DNA of 63,065 nt, counting the filler, from Folioceros fuciformis (lineage: Eukaryota): the NCBI GenBank assembly GCA_049999805.1. It is 5 parts of 5 records of this genome, joined end to end, with 100 filler letters (N's around TTAATTAATTAA, not from the genome) between each part and the next. Parts side by side here need not be neighbours in the genome. Positions count along the whole stretch, not along the records: positions 43,963 to 60,466 come from JBNGIO010001262.1; positions 60,567 to 63,065 come from JBNGIO010001278.1; 3 more parts are not named here. The stretch is one strand, 5' to 3'. Shown here one piece after another: positions 51,922-63,065 of this stretch; position 1 is the first letter of the stretch; each line of letters opens with the position of its first letter. Both the position numbers and the translations under genes were made by a program. The notes below the pieces were generated by a model. It ran no database searches and was not told the DNA's origin. It saw nothing but the letters and a program-made list of their open reading frames with translations.

Positions 51922-54071
51922 ATGAGGCTCAAACTGCAACATATAAAACGGCTGGATGCTTTTCCTCGCGCTGAGGAGCATCTCACGCAGAAGACATCAT
52001 TGGGAGCAGTTGGTAACGTTGATGGTGGAGTTTTGGCAATTGCATTCGCTGTCTGTTGGTCGTCGGAGGCAATTGCGAAGGGATTAGGGTTCAGGGCTGA
52101 TTTTGTCGCCTGTTGATACAGTTTCCACTATAGGAGCGGTAACGATTCTAGTTTTGCTTTTGCACGAGCTTAGGTACTTTTTGGAAGTGGAAATTACTCA
52201 TGAGGTAGGCTGTTGCATGTGGAGACTGTGTCTTTGGTCTAGCATGGTTTGGAAGTAGCTCCAGAATCTGATCAAACAGGTGCAAACAGATGGCTGTGGA
52301 TGTGAAGCGAGGGGAAAAGCTTCCAATATTTGTCAATATCACTTTTCCTTCCCTCCCTTGTAACGGTGCGTTGCTAAGTTTCTCGGGCATTTGACGATTA
52401 TGATCACTTCGTCTGCACTGCCCTGATGGTTGCCGTTTGAACTCGTGTTTGGATTAGTATTGGGCCTAGATGCAGTGGACATGTCAGGGAAGCATGAAGT
52501 GGACCTGCGGACGAATATCTGGAAGGTAGCCTTGCCTTCTACTCACTGGTTGTTGACTGAAACTGCCAGCATCTGTGCCGTCAGATTTTATCGCAGTGCA
52601 TCTGGTTTCAGGTGTCCCTGAATACTGCAGCTCTCTTTTCTGTGCTGTTTCGAGAGGAACTGTTCTCAATGTTCGCCCTTTTCTGAAATGGCAGCTTCGC
52701 GTACATAAGGATGGTTATGTGCTTGGTTCAGAGTATTTATCAGACCTGGAAGCAAAGCATAAGGATCATGGTAAGAGGAATGGAGTGTACGCGATGCAGT
52801 TGTACTCTCATGAAGAAACTGATGTTCATGTTTTTTGCCCTCATAAGTCTACAGTTAACAGGTTGAAAACTTGCTTATACTTGCGTACCAGATCCTGATC
52901 AGGCTCAGGATGATGTACACCAAATTCTCAATCCTGAGAAGACGCTGAAGGACATCAGGCGAGCTCTACAGGATGAAGAAGGGTGCCGTGTATGGCCCGT
53001 AAAATTGTGTTGCCTCCTTCCATCCTTCTTCACAATTTTTTCTTGGGCATTTGTGAACTGATTGGCCCGTGGAATGCTCAGGTTTATGGGACGCTTGATG
53101 TTGAGAGAGTAGCTGGAAACTTTCATGTATCCATGCACAAACTGAGCGTGTATCTCGCCGTGGAGGTTCTTTTGCACTTCTTCAGATGCTTTTCATGTTC
53201 CAGGCATTGGTGTTCAAATGATTATGATTCTAACCAGTGCGTTCATTCTATGTTGGCAATGGCATGAAGCAGTTGTTTCAGCCACACCAGGTTAATGTGA
53301 GCCACATAATTCACCATCTGGGACTGGGGCCAAAATTCCCTGGCATGAAGAATCCCCTGGACGGAGCCTCAAGGATTATTCGCGATGGAAGTGGAACTTT
53401 CAAGTACTTCATGAAGGTAGGATTTAGGATACTGAGTCCTCAGTCGTCACTGGACCAGGTTTCTGTGCTGGCTGCTTGTGGTTGCAAATCTGCTCATTGT
53501 GGGTGGCACCCATTCATAACGTATGAACCCAACATGTGTTTATTGTGTGTTGACAGATTGTTCCTACACAGTACAGTCACTTAGATGGGAGTGTGATCTC
53601 TACAAACCAGTTTTCTGTCACAGAGTACGACTCTCCAATCACGCACAAGGATGTCCACACGTGGCCAGGTGAGCTACTCACGTTCGAGAGGAAGAGTATG
53701 CAAAACTGCCTTCATGTTTGGGCAGATCTTTCTTCCCTCAGTAGGTTGAAGTCTGTGCTTGTGGCTGGCTGGATGCAGCGGTCTTTTTTGTGTATGATTT
53801 CTCTCCCATCACTGTCACCGTCACCGAAAGGCGCCGTAACTTCGGCCATTTCGTGACTAGGCTCTGTGCCGTCTTAGGTGGGACTTTCGCACTAACAGGT
53901 AAAGTCATCGGATTTCTTCCCGCAACACTTCGGGACAGTTAATGGCTTCCGGAATATCAAAATAGCTCACGGGATATCTACTTCGTGACGCTTGCAGGAA
54001 TGCTGGACAGATGGATATACAAGCTCCTGCAAGCCTTCAACTCTGTAGTTAAGGAGGCGCCGGCCGCGTAG
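51922..54071 (+). CDS. ERGIC family protein lacking the Cys-rich insert (Erv41/ERGIC2-like), multi-exon
   Basis: LDAFPRAEEHLTQKT, MAVDVKRGEKLPIFVNITFPSLPC, DAVDMSGKHEVD, EGCRVYGTLDVERVAGNFH, TNQFSVTEY, LCAVLGGTFALTGMLDRW. Confidence 0.9.
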
Positions 54072-54443
54072 AGTTGCTCTTTGTAACCTAGGGGGCTCGC
54101 TGCCCTCAGAACACATCATTCCTTCCCCTTGAATGGAGCCCAGGTGATAACGGGGTCAGGCACATGCCTGGCCACATAGATAGGACTGTGCGACGTGGCT
54201 GCCTGTGCTTGGTGACATCGTCAGCAGAGAATCTCTGGCTGCTGAGCTTTGCTCGTGTCTTAGCAGCTAATTGTAAAACTTTCGTTGAATTGAAAACATG
54301 CCGGAGCCACAGATTCTGCTCCGTGTGCTAGAATCCTGGCACACCCCTATCCTTCTCCGACTTTACAGATTCTGTAGAGGCAGCAAATGCCTGCAGCGAT
54401 GATGTAGTTTGAGTTGGCAAGCCTCTGCGCTTCTTCTGAAGCA

Positions 54444-56897
54444 ATGCTCGATCAAGGATTCTCAGCAGAAGCTGCTGCAGACGGTGACGACAACGATAGC
54501 GCATCCAGCAGGGGAAGCCGTGATGGGAAGGACGGCATTTTGCAGATTGCGAGTAGGCCGGTGGAAGGGCAGTCCGACAGGTTACTATCCCCGTCAGCCT
54601 TGAGGCAGAAATTTGTATGGGTCGGGCCAGAGCAGCAGGTGAGCCTGAGGTTTGTAAGATGCTCTCAGGCTGAGAGAGCGGTGAGTGATTGAATGATAAG
54701 GCGTTTGATGTGTGTTTGTGGGCTCGCAATGGCAGAGAAGATGCACCTTCTGTGGGAGCAAGTACCACTATCGATGGAAGTGCCCCGAGGGCAGAGCTTG
54801 CGACAAGTGCTCGGCTGTAGAGAGCGAGAAATGCTACGTCGTGATGGAGAGGACGCAGATGATGATACAGTATCGGGACAAGCGCGATTTCCAGGAGCTG
54901 CAGGCGGTGTACGACGGGCTCATGGCGGACGGACACAAGCCTTCGTTGGAATGCTACACTGTGTACATGAGCGCCCTGGCTGCTGATGGGCGGTATTACG
55001 AGGCGGAGGCGTTACTGGATGAGATGGAGGAGAATGGGGTGATTCCGGATGGCATCAGCTACAACCACCTCATAAATGCCTGGGTCAGCACGGAGAGGAT
55101 GGATGAGGCAATGCGGGTGCTGGAGGTGATGAAAGCCAAAGGCTGCACCCCGCTCACCAGCACGTACAACACGCTCATCAAAGGGTGGGGGCTCATGAGG
55201 CAGCCTGAGCGAGCAATGGAGCTGTTGCAGGAGATGACCGCCAGCGAGACAGCTAAGCCCAACCTCAGGACCTACAACATGCTCATCAACGTGTGGTGCA
55301 GGAAGAAGAAGGTGGGGGAGGCCAGGAAGGTGATGAGGATGATGAAGGCAGCCGGGCTGAACCCGGATGTGGTGTCGTACAACACGTTGGCCAAGCTGTA
55401 TGGGGAACTTGGCAGGCCGTTCGATGCAGAGAGGATCATCAAGGAGATGCTGAATGCTTATGTGCGTCCCAATGAGAGAACGTATTCCATGGTGATCACC
55501 AGCTTCTGCCAGGCCAAAATGCTGGATAGGGCGGTGGCCGTGCTGGAGACCATGAAGGTGCAGGGGGTGGCCCCGAATCTACCCATCTTCAACCTTCTCA
55601 TCAAGGCCTACGCCGAGCTGCTGCAGCCTGCTGCTGTGGACAAGGTGAGGTTTGAATGCGTCTGCAGAAGCTGCTGTCAGCATTTGTGTGAATGTGACCT
55701 CAAGTCACCTGGGCCGGGCTTGATGTGCAGATGTTTCGGGTGCTCAAAGCTCATGGCGTGCAACCGGATGTAATCTCGTTCGGTGTGATCATGAACACTT
55801 GGTGCACAGCCGGCCTTGTGGATGATGCGAGGCCCATTCTCCAGAAGATGAAGGAGTATGGCCTGGCACCAGATGTGATAGCCTACGCTACCCTTGCCAA
55901 GGGCTATGTCCGGTTTGGGAGGCCTGCAGAGGCAGAACGCTTGCTCCAGGAGATGGCTTCAGAAGGGCTGAGGCCGAATGTTGTGAGCTACACGACGGTG
56001 ATCTCTGGCTGGTGCAGTGTGCCCGACATGGAAACAGCAATGCGTGTTTTCCAGGACATGAAGGGGGCAGGAGTTGTCCCCAACCTCACCACCTACCACA
56101 CCCTCATATGGGGCTTCAACGAAGCACGGCAGCCGCACAGGGCAGAGGCTGTCCTGGACCTGGTGCGGAAGGGCGGGCTGCTGCCCGACTTCAAGTGCTT
56201 CCGCCTGGTTGCGGATGCATGGAACAAGGTTGGGGCATACGCAGATGCTGACAGGGTGTTGAAAAGCGCAGTCACTCCCTCCAGGCCGGTTCTGAAAAGG
56301 GCTGCTGGGAGTCCACAGGATCAGGAACGGGTAGAGGACTTGGCCACTCCCGACGGCGAGTGGGGGCAATCTCTGTCACTCGACGGGCTTGGTTCTATCA
56401 TCCCAGCGGGACAAGCTGCGAACACAGATTTGGCAACCAGACCAGCCGCAGCCCCCTTCTCCGGAGAGCAACCCACCTCGGCAATTTCGGGCATGGCCTT
56501 CTCAGCAGCCTCCCTCTCCCAGCACGCTCGGACTTCTGTGGCAGCGTCCGTCTCATGGAGCTTCCCGTCCGCTTGCTTGACGTGTGGATCAGCCGGAATC
56601 CCGAGACTGAGTTTTGCCTTCAGCCGCTTAGTTCGTGCTTCTTTTTCACGGTCAGATGGCGAGGGAAGAGCCTCGATGGTCACCTTGCGCATCTACCAGG
56701 ATGCTTCTGGGAAGATTCTTCCCTCCAGGCCACCGACCTCCGGAACAGGTAATTGTAGACGTAGAAGTAGCAAGAGAATTGCAACAGCGACCTCTTGTAG
56801 AGATAGCTCCCATTCTACAGATCCAAAGCGATGCATCCAGAAGGATTTGATCAGGACAGGGGTGAGACACATGGACCATGTGCTCTTGCACTTGTAG
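54444..56897 (+). CDS. P-class PPR protein (At5g21222/At5g25630-like) with N-terminal CCHC motif; 3 exons
   Basis: About 12 PPR repeats (GHKPSLECYT, AKPNLRTYNMLI, RPNERTY, QPDVISFG, RPNVVSYTTVISGWCS, PNLTTYHTLIWGF). Introns at about 54639-54735 and 55645-55730. Confidence 0.9.
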
Positions 56898-58839
56898 GAA
56901 CATTGACGGTCTGGACGTGGACCATGTGCTTCTTCATTTCAAGGAACACTCGGGATGTGGACAGCCGTAATCAAATTCCACTCCCTAGCACACTTTTGTG
57001 GGCCAAAAACTGGTCACCCATTGCAGGTCATGGGCCGACATGAGACGATCTATTTTCCACTCTCATGAACATGAACCCCAATCAGCATTTGACTTGGGAG
57101 TCCCGATGGCCGGGTCCAAGGGGAGTCCAAATGTAATGTGTAGCTTGACAGCATCTCTCATCTAGAGCCGTAGGGATGAGCGAGAGCCGAGTCACTGTGG
57201 GCGGACAGGGTCCAATGCTTCAGTTTGAAGCAACAAGAAGTTGAGAGGATCCCCCTGTCTTCAGCAGTATTGATCAAAGTTTCAGTTCAATGTCTCCGGG
57301 CTACCAACATGGCTTGTCCCGAAGGTATACACCGCAGGCCGATGCATCACAAGCTCTTCCAGGGCTTCATCTAGAAAACGCATGACCACGGTATCCAACA
57401 TCCGAAACTCCTCATGCAGGCACTGGTGGAGTTTTAGTTTAGGAGACTGCAGCCAAATGAATCAGAGACGGAAACAGCGCATGCTCTTACAAAATCGGAG
57501 TGAGACTGCTTTCTCCACAAATTGCAAGCGGAGGTGCGGACGGCCGACATGTCTAGACATACGCAGAAGCGGGAATGCGAGTAGATGTTGCAAAACATGC
57601 TGGGGCAAATACTTGAGGCTGTGGTTGCATAAACTTCTGGAGTCAAATGTTTAAGGCTATGGCCGCAAAAAATGCTGTGGGAAAGCTTGAGGTCACATCA
57701 ACGGCCCTGGGTATGCGAATCAGGGCTCAACCAAGAGGAGGCTTTTTCTCCATGAACAAATGGAGCCGCTAGAATGCCTGCTTGTGGCTGACCATGTAAA
57801 GTTAAATTGCCTTCTGAAGGCCCATGGAGATGCTGGCTCCCTTGCAGTGGGCTTCTCTTGGCTGCTCCCGTTCCTCCAGGTCCTCAACCTACCTGAAGGA
57901 ACTTGACGTCACGTTTGGTTTAATTTGCCTTTTGATGGACTTAAACAGTGATGACTGAAGGACAGCAGGTATACAAATATCCGAAAATAATGAGAGGAGA
58001 AAATCAATCCACGAATCCATATGCGTCCTCGTGTGGGGCCTTCTCTCGTGCTCCGCTGGAGGCTGTCACCGTGGGACCTCGGTTGTTTAAGGCCCTCTGA
58101 GTCCTCGGGAAATGATCCACACCTCACCAACTTCAACTGACCATTCGTTCTGCACATACCGGCACTTGGCTTTGCAGGCACGAAACATCTTGTTCAGGGT
58201 TGCGTGTATGCCACCTATCATTGTTTATGACCTCAGAAAGATCCCCGGAACATTGGAAAACTCACTTCGTTTGTGCATCTTGGAAGAGAAACATTTTTCC
58301 ACACGTCTGAATCCACAGAGGCAAGCACGAAATCCTTCCCACAACAGAAAGAAACGTATGAGCTCCTTAGAGAATCATGGAAGCAGCAAAGCCAGGAGAC
58401 GCCAACTTGAGAAGCCGTAGCACTCCAGAAGAAGCAGATTACGGCACGATTCATCAAGCCCCGGTCCAGGATTCCTGCCCTCATCATCCTTGCAGTGGCT
58501 GCACAGCCGGAAAACCGCGTCACGCACAATACCTCTGCACCAGGATCCCGCACTGGTGGATGCAGAGTTTCGACACAGGACGTGCTGTTACATCATCACG
58601 TGTAGCCAACAACTCTGTTTGGTCTGAAGCGAAGAAAATGCAACCCAGCACGAAAGAGACAACAGCGACCTCCTAGCGGCAGTCCTTGCACTCCGACGCA
58701 TCAGTCAAAGTCCCTTAGATAATCGCACGTGAGCCCCAATACACACTCCACGAGGGACATCAGGGATACGAATCGTGATAAACCGGATCACTAATACGCC
58801 CTCTATAACCGCGAACCAAAGCCCTGACCCTAATGTAAT

Positions 58840-60466
58840 GTATTTCTTTTAATATATTTATTTAAAAAAAAATCAAGGGGTCGCCCTTTCTTCTCGTCTT
58901 GTTGTTTTCTTGAGACACATGGTTTCGATCCTTGTTTCTTTTCAGGCACAACATTACCCTCACCCTCATTTCCATCAGCATTTCGGCACTTCTAGCCAAA
59001 GGTGGGAAATGTTGCTTCTTAGGCACTAGGCTTTTCAGCTTGGCATTGTCTATATTCCTTGATGGCACATGATACTAAGTCTTTGGGCCAAGGGTCACAC
59101 TCAATCAAGCTCTTGAACTTGTTTCTTTAAAGTTCTTCTGCGTTGATTTAAAGACCTTAAAGAGTAGGGTCTAGTCCTCCTCCAACGTAAAGCCTCCCTT
59201 CTCCCTAATATTTGAAGAGGAATGTTGCTTCTTCACAAGACCTTCAAGATTTAGGGGTCCAAATGGGACCATTAGCTTTCAAAGAGGAATTCATGTATGT
59301 AGCTTTGCTTGAAGACCTAACTTCACACATATTGTTGATGGATCCACACGATGGGAGATCCACATCAAGCAAATAGTGTTCTATTTTCGAATTTTGCACC
59401 CCACCTAGGCTACTTCTACCATGCACTCTCCCTCCTAGGCAATCTTGCTATCTCCTAGCATATATCCTTCTAAAATCTTATACAAATATGTATCCTTATA
59501 CATTAATATGCTTAATATTACTTGGAATGGAAACTCTATTGTGGAAGAGAAATCAAGACAACACATCTACTCTATGACTTGGGAAAAAATTAATTAGGTA
59601 TCAAGAGCTTAGGTTCTAGAGACTCATAGAGTACTCCCTCAGCACCATCTTATATGTGGGACTTGCTATGACTAAGCTTTCTTTTGCATTGTTTGTGCTA
59701 TTTTTCGCATAAGGACCAACTACATTGAAGTACAGTATCTTTGTTCTACAAACATCTATGAGGTCTCCTTAGGGTTGGAGTTGGCTCCTACCCAAAGACG
59801 AGAAGCAGCCAAAAGCCTTTTCAAAGCTTGCTTGTTTTACAAAGAGTATCCTTTTCATCTTTTCATAAATATAGATATATATATATAACACCATTCATGA
59901 AAACCTTCATTTAGAAAAAACCTTGGATGTAAAGAGATGCCTCTAAGAGGTGTGGGTGTTTGCATGTGAGCACAATGTTGCGTACAATAGAGTCAGCATT
60001 GAAAATATGTGTTGCATCATAATCCAAATTAGCAAGGTAATGTTTGTCCTCAAAGTGCAAAAATATAACAATTAGTTATGCCAACCATTTTGTAATATTA
60101 AAAGCTAGTTACAAAATACAACAACCACACAAGCAAGACATTTTTTCTTTTGAAATAGATTGGGTTTGTCCACAAAAATAGGGTTTTAGGTAAATCCAAA
60201 CTTTAAATGATCATTTCCGCCATTGTACTTAGTTTAATGGGTTTTTTTGGTGGTTAAAATTGAACGACGCACACTCCTCACGACACAATTCCACTATGAA
60301 CGATATGCCGGGACATGAATGTATTAGATTTCCATCCAAACATGATTTTGCATATCCCTTTATATTCTTTGTTCTCATAAACCCTTGCTTTCTGCTTGTA
60401 TTAAATTGATTTCAACCCGTGGGATTCTAGCATACAAAACCTACACGCAGTTGGAGTGCACACTTG
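58840..60466. mobile_element. AT-rich, probably decayed transposon or repeat sequence
   Basis: Abrupt GC drop, few CpGs and stop-riddled coding-like frames at a fragment end; no diagnostic domain recognised. Confidence 0.35.
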
Positions 60467-60566
60467 NNNNNNNNNNNNNNNNNNNNNNNNNNNNNNNNNN
60501 NNNNNNNNNNTTAATTAATTAANNNNNNNNNNNNNNNNNNNNNNNNNNNNNNNNNNNNNNNNNNNN
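60467..60566. other. Artificial linker
   Basis: N-run containing TTAATTAATTAA. Confidence 0.98.
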
Positions 60567-62038
60567 GCTTTATTCCCACCCTCGGAAAACAATCTACAAC
60601 TGTACACTACTCCACGATTTCTACTTTTTTTTATCCCCTGCCAATTTCCGCCACGCGTCCTGCAACCCCCTTCCCTGTAGTATTCCACACGGATGCACTC
60701 TTCAAGCCTGTACCCATCCCTAATAAGTACGACCGTACCATGGAAAGAAAAATCCATCGCCCAACAAATAATAATAATAATAGTAAAAATAAATTCCATA
60801 AAAGGGAATAATTTTTTCATTTTTTTTTTATCATGCATGTTTCGTACGCCAAGATTCTTAGAGCTTAGAAGAATGCCACGTACATATCCCCATGATAGAG
60901 TTGGACAAAAAGAGCTGAGTGAGTGAGTGAGTAGAAAGGAGGTTCAATCAATACATACAACACTAAGATTCTTAGTTCTATCCAATCCAAATGTGGGGCT
61001 GGTCTTTCGGGTGATTTAAGATGCAAGGAGCAAGGAGAGGAGATTCTTGTCTAGGCCTCTTCTATGGGCCCAGCTCTCCAGCTCTTTGGACTTTGTTGTT
61101 GGCCTCTTCATTTCTTCCCCAATTTCCAAATCAAGAATCCCCAACAAAAAGTTTGTTGTCCGCTTGCGTGTATGCTTTCGTATGAAGCTGTGTCACTTGT
61201 ACCCATCCTTGGTTCTTAGTACCTCTCCCTCAAAGAACAACAAAAGTGCCTCCCTCCCTCCCTCGGAGAAGGAGCTCAAAAGTACCATCCTCCCTTTACA
61301 ATGTCACATATTCTCTATCTTTTCCCTCATATTCTATCTGTACGCGGTGTGTTTAAGTGTCACTGGTGAAACATTCTTGTATGGGTGGCATGTTTGTAAG
61401 ACTATTTGTTTGTATTATGTTGATTTCAGCGAGAGTAGAATCTGGCAGCTGACTTGCTATGTACCAGTCAAAACTAAGGGCAGGTGTTTGAATGCAGAAG
61501 AAGAAGATGGGAGCCTAGGCTGTAGAGGGCAGGGAAAGGAGGTGAAGGCAGATCCCGCTGGAGCTGGCAACGAGATTGGGAGTGTTCCTTCCCGTCGTCT
61601 CCCATTGGAAATTTCCAATGTAGAGTGGAATTGTTCAAAAAGTTGGGGGTGGAGGGTAGCGTACCGGGTGATTGGGTGGCAGGCCCGGGCCCGCGAGGTG
61701 GTCCAATAGCGCGTAACAGCACGCGACACCCAATCGATAAGGCAGGGCTTGGCTTGGCTCGGCTTGGCCCAGCCAGGTCCGGCCCGAATCGGGTCGCTGG
61801 TGGTGGCGCTGCAACCACGGATCCTTCCTTTCCTTCCACACCTAATCCCAGGAGCACACGCTACGGTGGTCAGAAAGGAGCCGCCTGCCAGCGCGGAGCA
61901 GAGCCAACTCTCCCCTCGTCCCCTGCCTCTCCCTCTTCCTGGGGGCCCCAGTTTGGTATGACGTCCTTTGGAATGACGTCCCCTGGAAGTCATCCGCCCT
62001 GTCTCCGTTAGATCTGCTCCACGCAAATCGAGAGGAAC

Positions 62039-62104
62039 GCTTCTCCCAGCCGCTCCTCCTCCCAGCCGCTTCTCCCGGCCGCTTCTCCCAGCCGCTTCTC
62101 CCGA
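62039..62104. repeat. 13-bp tandem repeat (gcttctcccrgcc), about 5 copies
   Basis: Direct read of the sequence. Confidence 0.8.
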
Positions 62105-63065
62105 TGAGGAGAATCGCGGTAGAAGCGGGGCCCAGTCCCAGCGCACGCATGTCGGAGGGAGGCCTCGTCGCGTATCTCTCTCACCTCATCCTACTCATCA
62201 GTGTTGCTTGCAAGGGTCAGTCATGTCATGACATGCGAAGATTCTCCTCACAGCGCGGTGAGGTGAGGAGAGGAGAGGGGCGGTGACGTGAGGTGCGGCG
62301 GTCGTGTTGGTCTGTACCTGGATGGCGGCCTGACAACTCCCGGCGCTTTCCAAGTTCGAACCCGCGATCACTTGGCCTCCACGCCATGCACTGAAGCAAC
62401 CCAGCTACCGGGTCTGTTGGCTCACGTGCAGCCAGGCGCACTGCACACGTCACGTGCAAGCCGCTGTATGCCAGGACGTATGTATGTCTACCATCGCAGC
62501 CTGTAAATGTGTAGATTCCTGGTCATGTCCTGAACACGCTCTGCCACTGCCGACGTCTGCCATTCGAACTGCAGTATCGGGAAGATCTTGGTCACGAAAT
62601 TGGAATTCGATCCGTCTTTTCCTTCCTCCCGGCTTCGCTACCGGCCCCGGCCCGGGTCCGGGTATCCCCGGGTATCCCCTTCTCGCAACTCTACGTTACC
62701 CCCTAGAAACAAATAACCAAAAGAAACTCAAATCTAACTACACACCCATTCAATTCACGCCTCCAAGGGTGGTCACAAAAGGAGAACATCCATCCACCTT
62801 CCAGGTTCCCTCACCACCGCTTCGTCTAACAGTTTCTGACCCTCACTACACCCTCGTCTAACCGTTGGTTTCCTTGTTTGGTTGGTTGGTGAGTGAAGAC
62901 AGCTTTCGCTCTACCCGATGTTGAAGGGTAGGTCCAGGGATCGAATTCGAGTTGAGCACGTTTCATATGTACCGGAGACGAAAAAGTAGAGTTTAAGTTG
63001 TTAGGGCTGTCGGCGAGACGATTCTTTGCTTTGCCATGTGGAAGGAATGCACGGGTTCGAAGCGG

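Noticed and set aside
61047..62146. ORFs of 220 and 229 aa in the last fragment
   Set aside because: Non-ATG starts, low-complexity or repeat-derived translation, and no recognisable domains.

Overview
Eukaryotic, land-plant-like nuclear DNA, very gene-dense (about one gene per 3 kb), ~50% GC, with short ~80-120 nt spliceosomal introns. This architecture suggests a compact seed-free plant genome such as a hornwort (inference, not verified). The window is not one locus: five fragments (1-9900, 10001-28043, 28144-43862, 43963-60466, 60567-63065) are joined by artificial 100-nt N/TTAATTAATTAA linkers. Recognisable genes: J-domain protein, MUS81, adenylate kinase, PUB62-like U-box protein, EB1, G-patch/zinc-finger protein, CSP41a, MCM10, two P-class PPRs, mitoribosomal mL54 (partial), an SLC7/LAT-type amino-acid permease, LTA4H-type M1 aminopeptidase, MTOPVIB, DUF4079 protein, F-box protein, SKA2, CDCA7 and a head-to-head ERGIC3/Erv46 plus Erv41-like pair. 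I found no convincing new multi-gene system. The best leads are a U12 AT-AC intron in MTOPVIB, an animal/fungal-type LAT permease with two GC-AG introns, a PPR with a CCHC zinc knuckle, the divergent ERGIC pair and an unexplained GC-rich island at 24-25.5 kb. Exon models were assembled by eye and family calls rest on recalled motifs, not database searches.
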